The notes under the pieces were generated by a model, which had not been told where the DNA came from, did not search any database, and saw only the letters and a list, made by a program, of their open reading frames with translations. From NCBI RefSeq assembly GCF_001194135.2, contig NC_068985.1, positions 50,383,970 to 50,426,576 of the forward strand: a stretch of 42,607 nt of DNA, in the 5' to 3' direction. The stretch is from Octopus bimaculoides (Eukaryota). This document shows, in pieces, positions 33,387-42,607 of this stretch. Positions within the stretch are counted from its first letter, which is position 1, and the number at the start of each line of letters is the position of its first letter. Position numbers and translations under genes: made by a program.

Positions 33387-34021
33387 CAAAGGCTTCAACG
33401 ACAGAAGAAAGATATGAAGCCATAGTAAATCAGTTCATGTATGTTCGCAGGAGATGTGTGTGTCAGCAATGATTGATGCCGTCGAATTTTTCTAGCCAAG
33501 CAAGAATTTGACATAAATTCTTACAGCAAGTTATAGTTGTGCCACGGCCACAGGTCTGTTACGAGACAATCTGAGGAGAAATTCTCTCCCCTTTGATGTC
33601 ATGAGGGCAAATCATGTCTTTCAATCTCTTTATACCTAATGGTCTCTCAAAGAAAAGTAAATAAAGAAAAGTAAATAAATATCGTTAATGATATCTCATT
33701 ATGTTGTTTATCCCAAAATGGTTATTTATAATGACTGGGATTCTAATGAGCTACGATTCTGTAATTTCTATTGTTTATTCTTGTCGTCAAATAGCTGCTG
33801 TTAAAACAAATTCTCAATGTTTCTACAAGAGCTCTGAATGGCTAGCGACATGTTGATGTCATCAATTCCTAACAAAATCTTATTTGGTGCTTAGTTATTT
33901 CCCGTGTGAATATAGGGATTCAGGTTCTGTTCCTAGGTAGTTGGTTTTGGGGACACTGCCAATATTCTTGCTGCAATACATACATACATACATACATACA
34001 TACATACGTACATGCATACAT

Positions 34022-34333
34022 ACAGGATAACCCCGAAGCTAAGGAGATGAAAACCCATAATGAGGTAGAGGCCATTACCACTCACAATATCAAAGAGTAT
34101 TGGTGGAATGTCCCAATAAAAACCTCAATAAAGTGCAGACATAACAGACCGGATATAGTAATCTGGGACAGAGAAGAGAAACTCTGTACAGTAGTAGAAA
34201 TCAGCTGTCCTGCGGATGTCAACATCTCACTAAAGATTAGAGAAAAAGAGAACTACGCCGAGCTACTGAGAAATTTACAGATACTCCACCCAGACTACAA
34301 GTTCAAATTCATACCCGTGATTGTTGGGGTATT
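34022..34333 (+). mobile_element. Restriction-like-endonuclease (R4/Dong/NeSL-type) non-LTR retrotransposon C-terminal fragment
   Basis: YWWNVPIKT..KCRHNRPDIVIWD....CTVVEISCPAD.N...K..EK..YAEL...L.IL.P......IPVIVG, a PD-(D/E)xK endonuclease signature; runs into the gap. Confidence 0.85.
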
Positions 34334-34738
34334 NNNNNNNNNNNNNNNNNNNNNNNNNNNNNNNNNNNNNNNNNNNNNNNNNNNNNNNNNNNNNNNNNNN
34401 NNNNNNNNNNNNNNNNNNNNNNNNNNNNNNNNNNNNNNNNNNNNNNNNNNNNNNNNNNNNNNNNNNNNNNNNNNNNNNNNNNNNNNNNNNNNNNNNNNNN
34501 NNNNNNNNNNNNNNNNNNNNNNNNNNNNNNNNNNNNNNNNNNNNNNNNNNNNNNNNNNNNNNNNNNNNNNNNNNNNNNNNNNNNNNNNNNNNNNNNNNNN
34601 NNNNNNNNNNNNNNNNNNNNNNNNNNNNNNNNNNNNNNNNNNNNNNNNNNNNNNNNNNNNNNNNNNNNNNNNNNNNNNNNNNNNNNNNNNNNNNNNNNNN
34701 NNNNNNNNNNNNNNNNNNNNNNNNNNNNNNNNNNNNNN

Positions 34739-34801
<63 letters not shown>

Positions 34802-34854
34802 GAGTAGATGTAAGGATAAGATCTTTCCCTCAAGGGCTCGGTGTGAAGAGTTGC

Positions 34855-35241
34855 CTATCTAAGGTAGAGTTGGTGAGGTGTAAATTCATTTTTCTCCTTA
34901 CATGTTATTGTTGTAGTTAACCATGCGATATGGTGATGAACGTTGTTGATATTTTCTACAAGTTTTGTTTCCCACGTAGGTTGTTTCCGTTCAGTAATTT
35001 CGTTCCATTGTTCACAATATATTTCTCCTAGGCGTTCTTTAAGAGTAATAGCGGCTCTGTATATAAGAGTATTTATATTCCAGTAATTAATATCCCATAA
35101 TTCCATGTGCTCTCCTGCAACATCGTTGATAACTTTAAACATTAGATCGGTCGGAGTTTTTCTCACTCTTGTTGGAAATGGTCTGTTGCTGAAAGAATGC
35201 TTCGAGAAAGTAGCAAATTTTTTGCGAATTGTATTACGCAA
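34855..35241 (-). mobile_element. Probable N-terminal ORF fragment of an R4/Dong-like non-LTR element
   Basis: INTLIYRAAITL and KQPTWETKLVENIN...IAWL resemble the 'IN.LIY.AA' and 'P.W..RL...I...R..I' segments of this group. Weaker than the 34022 call. Confidence 0.5.
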
Positions 35242-36992
35242 TCTTCGCTACTGAGTCAGTTAAATTTGGAGACACTCGAATTTAGCGATGGCGGGAGCGG
35301 TGGACTGTTTGCATTATTTTTTTACGCCGCTTCTAGCAGATGTTGGCCCATTCTCATTGTTTCACAGTTAAGAGTAAAGAATACTCTATTCTGATTTTCA
35401 GCTAAATATTCTAATAAATTTGTTAATGTCTAAATAACTCACGTTAATTTTGACCATGTGAACATCAATACCACGTGAGGAAGACGTTAAGAAATTTATC
35501 GGCCAGTGAGTTCAAAATCCCTCGCCCTAATGAATTCAATTCAGTGTGCATCATAAATAGTCCCGCATAGAAAAGAGACCCGTACGAACTTCCTGCGGNN
35601 NNNNNNNNNNNNNNNNNNNNNNNNNNNNNNNNNNNNNNNNNNNNNNNNNNNNNNNNNNNNNNNNNNNNNNNNNNNNNNNNNNNNNNNNNNNNNNNNNNNN
35701 NNNNNNNNNNNNNNNNNNNNNNNNNNNNNNNNNNNNNNNNNNNNNNNNNNNNNNNNNNNNNNNNNNNNNNNNNNNNNNNNNNNNNNNNNNNNNNNNNNNN
35801 NNNNNNNNNNNNNNNNNNNNNNNNNNNNNNNNNNNNNNNNNNNNNNNNNNNNNNNNNNNNNNNNNNNNNNNNNNNNNNNNNNNNNNNNNNNNNNNNNNNN
35901 NNNNNNNNNNNNNNNNNNNNNNNNNNNNNNNNNNNNNNNNNNNNNNNNNNNNNNNNNNNNNNNNNNNNNNNNNNNNNNNNNNNNNNNNNNNNNNNNNNNN
36001 NNNNNNNNNNNNNNNNNNNNNNNNNNNNNNNNNNNNNNNNNNNNNNNNNNNNNNNNNNNNNNNNNNNNNNNNNNNNNNNNNNNNNNNNNNNNNNNNNNNN
36101 NNNNNNNNNNNNNNNNNNNNNNNNNNNNNNNNNNNNNNNNNNNNNNNNNNNNNNNNNNNNNNNNNNNNNNNNNNNNNNNNNNNNNNNNNNNNNNNNNNNN
36201 NNNNNNNNNNNNNNNNNNNNNNTTAACGTGAGTTATTTAGACATTAACAAATTTATTAGAATATTTAACTGAAGATCAGAATAGAGTATTCTTTACTCTT
36301 AACTGTGAAACGATCGTACTAAATTAACTAAAGGCAGGTGGGTTTTTTTACTCTTCTCTACTGTTTTTGTTCTGTGTGTATCAAAAATATCGCTATCAAT
36401 CTGGAGTAATAATTTGTAGTTTTGAAATCAGTAGTTCTTTGACTGCTATTTCTGAATTCTCAGTATGTTGGAGAAGCAGGTTACTGTCAATCCCTATATA
36501 TTTATGATTATATATATATATATATATATATAAATCCACGCTAAATAAATAACTGTCTTAGCTTCTACAAATTCCATAACATAGACTTGTTGCTTAGTTC
36601 AATGCGAATAAAGTCAGACTACTACTTCTAAATATGTATTTTTTGTATGTGGAAGTGAATTATCGGTTGTGTGACCTTGATAATGCATTATAATACATGA
36701 TTTAGAAACTTGAGAAATATATTTCACTAAAAATGTTTTGAAACTTATTTAAAAATAGAACAGTCCAATACCTCAAAAGGGAAATACAAGTTGTTTCTTA
36801 CAAATGAAGTAGCTTATCTTGATTTCACACAAATCGACCAGATAGTTCTCGATTGACTACAGCGAAGTCTATGACTTTGAAGTAGTGATTTATCTTAATG
36901 TTGAACTTTGTTCAAGATAAAAGTTTTACTTACATTTTCGATTTCCCGGAAAACGTATTTCTACAAGCTGTATTTTATTATATACATTAACT

Positions 36993-37700
36993 ATGTACAC
37001 CATACTATCTCCCAGTGAGATCCGCTATACTCAAGATTCTATTTCTTCATGCTTCCAGAATGGAAACGATATAGAAGATCTTATTTTAGATATTATCAAT
37101 GGTCAAACCAGATCTGACGAAATTCGAACAATCAGAGTTTTCTTTAATGATGGAAAATATTATAGTGAGGACAATAGGAGACTTTACGTGTTCAAAGCAG
37201 TGCAAGAGTTAAGTGAGCCAAACTTGACAATTAAGGTTAAATTAACTTCATATTCTGATTTTCAAGAAAATAAGTTCACTACAAGGAATGGTGGTTTCAG
37301 AATAAGAGTAAGAAGAAAGATGAATGATACGAAGGAACGAAGGAATGTGAAACATCATCTATCTGAATACTTTCCGAGCCTTACCTCTGGAGGTCCTACG
37401 AAAACTACATATACAAGTCCCAGAACTACCACTGTAAATGCTGCTAAAACTAAATATAAAAGTGTCAGAACTACAGTTAAAACAGTTACTGGTCATAGCA
37501 ATATATTACCTTCATCATCGAGCCTTACAACCGATGACGTTTTCAGACGGAACGCTTCAAGTGCTACGAATGTTCCAAGGAATGCTCCACGTAAAATTTG
37601 CATAACGCCGAAGCCAAGTGCTCCGTATGTTCCACCTCAAACTCACATAATGTCGAAGCGAAGTCCTCCAAAGGAAATATGTTGCTGTGTAATCCTTTAA
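36993..37700 (+). CDS. Uncharacterised 235-aa protein: N-terminal ParB/Srx-like (Tox-ParBL1-type) domain, low-complexity linker and C-terminal CaaX (CCCVIL)
   Basis: Intact ATG-to-TAA ORF in very AT-rich DNA. Motifs LSPSEIRYTQDSI, IRTIRV, YSEDNRRLYVFK and KFTTRNGG; ends KRSPPKEICCCVIL*. Confidence 0.8.
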   Translation: MYTILSPSEIRYTQDSISSCFQNGNDIEDLILDIINGQTRSDEIRTIRVFFNDGKYYSEDNRRLYVFKAVQELSEPNLTIKVKLTSYSDFQENKFTTRNGGFRIRVRRKMNDTKERRNVKHHLSEYFPSLTSGGPTKTTYTSPRTTTVNAAKTKYKSVRTTVKTVTGHSNILPSSSSLTTDDVFRRNASSATNVPRNAPRKICITPKPSAPYVPPQTHIMSKRSPPKEICCCVIL

Positions 37701-37742
37701 ACAGTTACTCTGATGCTACTGACAAAAATCAATGTAAATTTT

Positions 37743-37866
37743 GGCACTATCATGCTATTAGCTGTCAGAAGTGAAAGTGCTCACTGCTAGTGAAGTATCT
37801 GTCTGTCTGCCTGTTGATTCTTTGGCTACTGACAGCTAATACCATGACTGGCCGGATCGAGCTATA

Positions 37867-37899
<33 letters not shown>

Positions 37900-38495
37900 A
37901 TCTATCTATCTATTNNNNNNNNNNNNNNNNNNNNNNNNNNNNNNNNNNNNNNNNNNNNNNNNNNNNNNNNNNNNNNNNNNNNNNNNNNNNNNNNNNNNNN
38001 NNNNNNNNNNNNNNNNNNNNNNNNNNNNNNNNNNNNNNNNNNNNNNNNNNNNNNNNNNNNNNNNNNNNNNNNNNNNNNNNNNNNNNNNNNNNNNNNNNNN
38101 NNNNNCTATTACTCGAAAGTTCGCGCGTCCGCGCTAGCTAGTCGTGAGTGGTCGATCCTATTATTTTTAAACTTCAAACTTCATTTGTTTTCTATTTTGA
38201 TAAATTCTCTCTGTTGAAAATTATATTTTTATATTTTAAATAATTTGCAATTTCAGGAAATATGTTTTTATATTAAATTTGTGTTTTCTACTCACGACTA
38301 GCTAGCGCGGACGCGCGAACTTTCGAGTAATAGATAGATAGAGAGACAGACATATAGCTCGCTCCGGCCAGTCATGGTATTAGCTGTCAGTAGCCAAAGA
38401 ATCGACAGGCCAGCAACAGGCATGCAGGCAGACAGACAGATACTTCACTAGCAGTGAGCACTTTCACTTCTGACAGCTAATAGCATGATAGTGCC
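37743..38495. mobile_element. Foldback MITE with long TIRs (GG-termini) and 8-bp TSD TAAATTTT; Merlin- or MULE-like
   Basis: 37743-37914 plus 38106-38149 is the reverse complement of 38290-38495, with a 140-bp AT-rich spacer. TAAATTTT occurs at 37735-37742 and 38496-38503. Confidence 0.88.
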
Positions 38496-39062
38496 TAAAT
38501 TTTAATTTCGTTGAATTCTGCCTGTTTTACTTTAGGTGAAAATAGAACTTACATTTAAAACTCTTATTCTGTGGATGTGAAGCATGGAACTTCTACAATT
38601 TAATTTTTGTGAAATCCTTTAATATTTTTACGGATAATATCCGTAGATAAACTTAGAACTATCCGAAACAAACGAAAATGAGGTAAGTACAGAATCTGTT
38701 GTTATACTAAATGTTTGATAAAACTCGTTACAGTGTACACAAACAATTGAGGAAGTTTTTTTGAAAAAGAAAAAAAGTGAGAGAATGATAGATAGATAGA
38801 TAGATAGATAGATAAACAAAGAGAAGCGGGGGAACGAGATTATGATTTCCATTAACAAGTTAATCTGGCCATTTTAAAGACTTTGCAGGTAAGTTCGACC
38901 AAGAGAATTAAAAGCGAAATTAATCATCAGAGAACAAAGTTCACCCGTTAATGCCTGAATTTGTTTCCTTCCCTTTTTAAGATTTTCATACTATGCTGAA
39001 AGCTGAGATTATAGTGTTGCCAATATTCAAAAAAATGTAGGTTATTATCTAAAAGACACTTA

Positions 39063-39208
39063 GGTGTGGCTGTGTGGTAAGAAGCTTGCTTCCCAACAAC
39101 ATGGTTCCGGGCTCAATCCCACTACGTGGTACCTTGAGCAAGTGTCTTCTACTATACTCTCGAATCTTCTACTATACTCTCGAACCGACCAAAGCCTTGT
39201 GAGTGGAT
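39063..39208 (+). mobile_element. 3'-truncated SINE (8990 family) with an internal 20-bp tandem duplication
   Basis: GGTGTGGCTGTGTGGTAAGAAG..CCTTGAGCAAGTGTCTTCTACTAT; TCTTCTACTATACTCTCGAA occurs twice at 39145-39184. Confidence 0.85.
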
Positions 39209-39574
39209 AAGCCTAACTTTAGGGTCAGAATAAAAATTATCTTTATGGTCTTTTAAAGTAATTCTAGGGTGCATCGGTACATAAGGTTCTGTCTTACTAT
39301 CAAGTTCGTATTTAAACATTATTAATTTAGAGGCCTTATTAATCAAATTTAAAGTATTTTCTGGAACTATCTTATATTTCTTATTAATTTCTTTCTCTAA
39401 TAAATAATCATATAGTTTTACATCTAGTTTATATAAGTTCCTAGTTTTATCAGATTGTACAATAATACCATCCATATTTCTAAATTGTTTAATTTTAATG
39501 GCTAAATTTCTTAAATAATCATTATGTCTATTTGGATATTTATGAAATTTAATATTTTCCACTACTTTCCAAAT
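39209..39574 (-). mobile_element. Penelope-like element pre-RT ORF fragment
   Basis: SDKTRNLYKLD, INKKYK..., RITLKDHKDNFYSDPKVRLI matches the PLE 'ADKT.N.Y...ITLKDHK.NF...P.CRLI' segment; runs into the gap. Confidence 0.82.
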
Positions 39575-41099
39575 NNNNNNNNNNNNNNNNNNNNNNNNNN
39601 NNNNNNNNNNNNNNNNNNNNNNNNNNNNNNNNNNNNNNNNNNNNNNNNNNNNNNNNNNNNNNNNNNNNNNNNNNNNNNNNNNNNNNNNNNNNNNNNNNNN
39701 NNNNNNNNNNNNNNNNNNNNNNNNNNNNNNNNNNNNNNNNNNNNNNNNNNNNNNNNNNNNNNNNNNNNNNNNNNNNNNNNNNNNNNNNNNNNNNNNNNNN
39801 NNNNNNNNNNNNNNNNNNNNNNNNNNNNNNNNNNNNNNNNNNNNNNNNNNNNNNNNNNNNNNNNNNNNNNNNNNNNNNNNNNNNNNNNNNNNNNNNNNNN
39901 NNNNNNNNNNNNNNNNNNNNNNNNNNNNNNNNNNNNNNNNNNNNNNNNNNNNNNNNNNNNNNNNNNNNNNNNNNNNNNNNNNNNNNNNNNNNNNNNNNNN
40001 NNNNNNNNNNNNNNNNNNNNNNNNNNNNNNNNNNNNNNNNNNNNNNNNNNNNNNNNNNNNNNNNNNNNNNNNNNNNNNNNNNNNNNNNNNNNNNNNNNNN
40101 NNNNNNNNNNNNNNNNNNNNNNNNNNNNNNNNNNNNNNNNNNNNNNNNNNNNNNNNNNNNNNNNNNNNNNNNNNNNNNNNNNNNNNNNNNNNNNNNNNNN
40201 NNNNNNNNNNNNNNNNNNNNNNNNNNNNNNNNNNNNNNNNNNNNNNNNNNNNNNNNNNNNNNNNNNNNNNNNNNNNNNNNNNNNNNNNNNNNNNNNNNNN
40301 NNNNNNNNNNNNNNNNNNNNNNNNNNNNNNNNNNNNNNNNNNNNNNNNNNNNNNNNNNNNNNNNNNNNNNNNNNNNNNNNNNNNNNNNNNNNNNNNNNNN
40401 NNNNNNNNNNNNNNNNNNNNNNNNATTTTAATTGAGTTTTTTACCTGTAATTTTGGATTTTGTCCCTAATAATATTATATATATATATATATATATACAC
40501 TCATACAATCAAGTAAAGGCAATAAACCTCATTAAGGGATCATAAATCCAATGAAAATACTGGTTAGTTGGCTATCTATAGGAAGTTCGAATAAGGAGAA
40601 AATAGAGAGGTAATTAATAAAATTATTTATTAACTATAAAATATAACATCTCGGATCTTTTTGGTTTGACGGGCAACACTTGTTTTCTTAACGAAACACT
40701 TTCAAACTTGGGATACTGGTAGAATGTGTCATATAAAACAACTTTTCTCTTAGCCTTCTTAACAAAAGAATTGTACATCGCACTAGTTTGATTTGAAGAA
40801 GATTTGGCTGCTATTTCTAGGAAATGAAGCACTTGGTGAAGGTGCATTAATAATTCTGCCAGCTCCAATAACAAGTGCAGGCAATATTCAAGTATTTTGA
40901 TGGCTTTTCCCCCCTTATTAGCTATTATTCAATCAACTGAAACAAGTATAATAGTGTAATTCAAGCATAGTAGCAGCCAAATCTTCAAATCAAACTCTAC
41001 CATCATTTAGAAAGTGTGTTACTGAGTACTAGCGAAAAATTGTTACAAACACAGACACGCACAGCGTAATTCATTATATAAACAATATATGCGTATACA

Positions 41100-41290
41100 C
41101 ACACACACACACATATATATGTATATATTTGTGTGTCTGTATGTCCTCCCACCATCATTTGACAAACGATGTTGGTGTATTTATGTCCGCATAATTTAGC
41201 GGTTCAGCAAGACAGCGATAGAATAAGTAAGTACTCGCACAGCTGCAGTCAAAATGACAGAAAGAAGTAAACGAATGAAAGAATAAAAGA
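41100..41290 (+). mobile_element. 3' half of a SINE (8990 family), following a CA/TA microsatellite
   Basis: GTGTCTGT.TGTCC..CA(T)CATTTGACAAACGATGTTGGTGT.TTTATGTCC..TTAGCGGTTC.GCAA..GATAGAATAAGTA is colinear with the reverse complement of 9000-9210. Confidence 0.75.
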
Positions 41291-42607
41291 ATATCTCTAT
41301 AATTACAATTGTTGTTGAAATATCAATTACTGTTGTGGTTCTCGTAGAAAAAGGACCGCGACTGCCACGTTCAGTACATGTTCGAAAACGTCGCATAAAT
41401 TGAAAATTTATTTGTCAAACTTGAGAACATATCTCTCTCTCCATCTCTCTCTTTCTCCGTCTCTCTCTCCGTCTCTTTCTCCGTCTCTCTCTCTCCCTCT
41501 ACGCACGTACACACACACGTGTGTGTGTGTGTGTGGATATGTTTAAAAAAATTGACTATTAATTTTTTTTTTTTTTGCATTAATTCCTAGCTTCATATTC
41601 TTTCGCCGAAAGGGCATCGTTTTATATACAACTGAAAAAAAATTATCGGCATATTCGAGTGTGAAACAAAAATGTCTACGTAATCATAATTTGGCAATTT
41701 TCTCATACAACACGAGTGTTTCCAGTGACCAATATTTGATGGAGAGACTTTCTCATTTGGTTTGGCCTAAGACAAATAAATTGGATTGTGAAATTATAGA
41801 CGAATGTTTTCTGATGTCAACGCATGGTATTTTTTCTACGTTCTATTATATTAACCTAATTTTATTTGTCATTCAATTTCCAGCAGTTTATAACTTGTAA
41901 ATATAAACAGTAGTAAGTAAAAGTTGGCTGCTGGCTAACTAAAATAACGGTGGTTTAGCGAGATTTAGAGGGAGAGTAGTCACTTAACCTGCTAGAAGTA
42001 CCCGACCGGCTAGGAGTAGGTAATTGAATAATGTAGTACAAAACCTACATATAAGAAAGACGAGATGAGTATAGTTGGATTGATTTTAATACAAATATAT
42101 TTAGCCTAAACTGATCTGGCGATAAATAACATCAAAGTTGTTTTGTACGTTAAGATCCGGATCCTAATAATGAATAGAATATATATAATACAAACTTGCA
42201 TATATATGTATAGGGCTTTCCTATAAGGTGTTATCCACCCCTGATTGGAACTCTCCCGTATGACATGTAAGCATGCTCAGTGACTTGCTTTAACAGTTGC
42301 AATCAGCTGAATGCACATTGCCAGTGACATTTGACATAATTACCCACACTCTGTGGTCAGGATTCTTTTTTTGGTTTGATGTCGGCATCGAAGGGATTAC
42401 CAAACACCGGACAATACAGTGAGAGCAGCTTTCACTCACATCGTGGTATTCGATGCTGTGTACGTGTCTGTCGTGGTAAAATATGCCACTCCTTAATTGT
42501 TGCTTTGCTTTCATCCGTAGCACGAGGTAATTATGTCATTATCTGTGAAATCCGGCAACTTACAAAGATCTTTAGATCAGGCAATACTTCACCGAGAGGA
42601 GATATAA

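Larger units (their letters stand above)
1175..40425. other. Nine assembly gaps (N runs): 1175-1746, 15985-15994, 23572-23881, 28621-29554, 32623-33330, 34334-34738, 35599-36222, 37915-38105, 39575-40425
   Basis: Directly visible; all X-filled ORFs in the track are artefacts of these gaps. Confidence 0.99.

Noticed and set aside
860-40435. Long ORFs filled with X (for example 860-1804, 28275-29570, 32505-33386, 39524-40435)
   Set aside because: They read through N gaps; only the flanking real-sequence parts were used.
40560-40900. Probable MITE or DNA-transposon fragment
   Set aside because: No TIR pair or TSD can be demonstrated within the window, and it is adjacent to a gap.
42290-42607. 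Short ORF-like, more GC-rich segment at the window end
   Set aside because: No recognisable domain, and it is truncated by the window edge.

Overview
AT-rich, microsatellite- and SINE-dense eukaryotic DNA with nine assembly gaps. The repeat content looks like an octopus (coleoid cephalopod) draft genome; this is an inference, not a database result. Two intact host-type ORFs are visible: (1) a STEAP-family NADPH/FAD/heme metalloreductase (4594-5958, minus), whose CDS lies in one exon behind a clear splice acceptor; (2) an uncharacterised intronless 235-aa ORF (36993-37700, plus) with an N-terminal ParB/sulfiredoxin-like (Tox-ParBL1-type) domain, an S/T/P/K-rich linker and a C-terminal CCCVIL prenylation motif. 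The rest is transposon-derived: a decayed mariner, a complete-ended Chapaev3 (TTA TSD), a complete-ended hAT/Charlie (8-bp TSD), a 2-LTR Gypsy deletion derivative (GTATC TSD) nested inside a LINE RT frame, three Penelope-like relics, two minimal hammerhead-ribozyme-like motifs, restriction-endonuclease-type LINE fragments, a long-TIR foldback MITE (8-bp TSD) just after the ParB-like ORF, and many tRNA-derived SINEs. The most unusual signals are the membrane-anchored ParB-like ORF and a Gypsy primer-binding site complementary to the 5' end, not the 3' CCA end, of tRNA-Phe. No rRNA, true tRNA gene or CRISPR array is supported.
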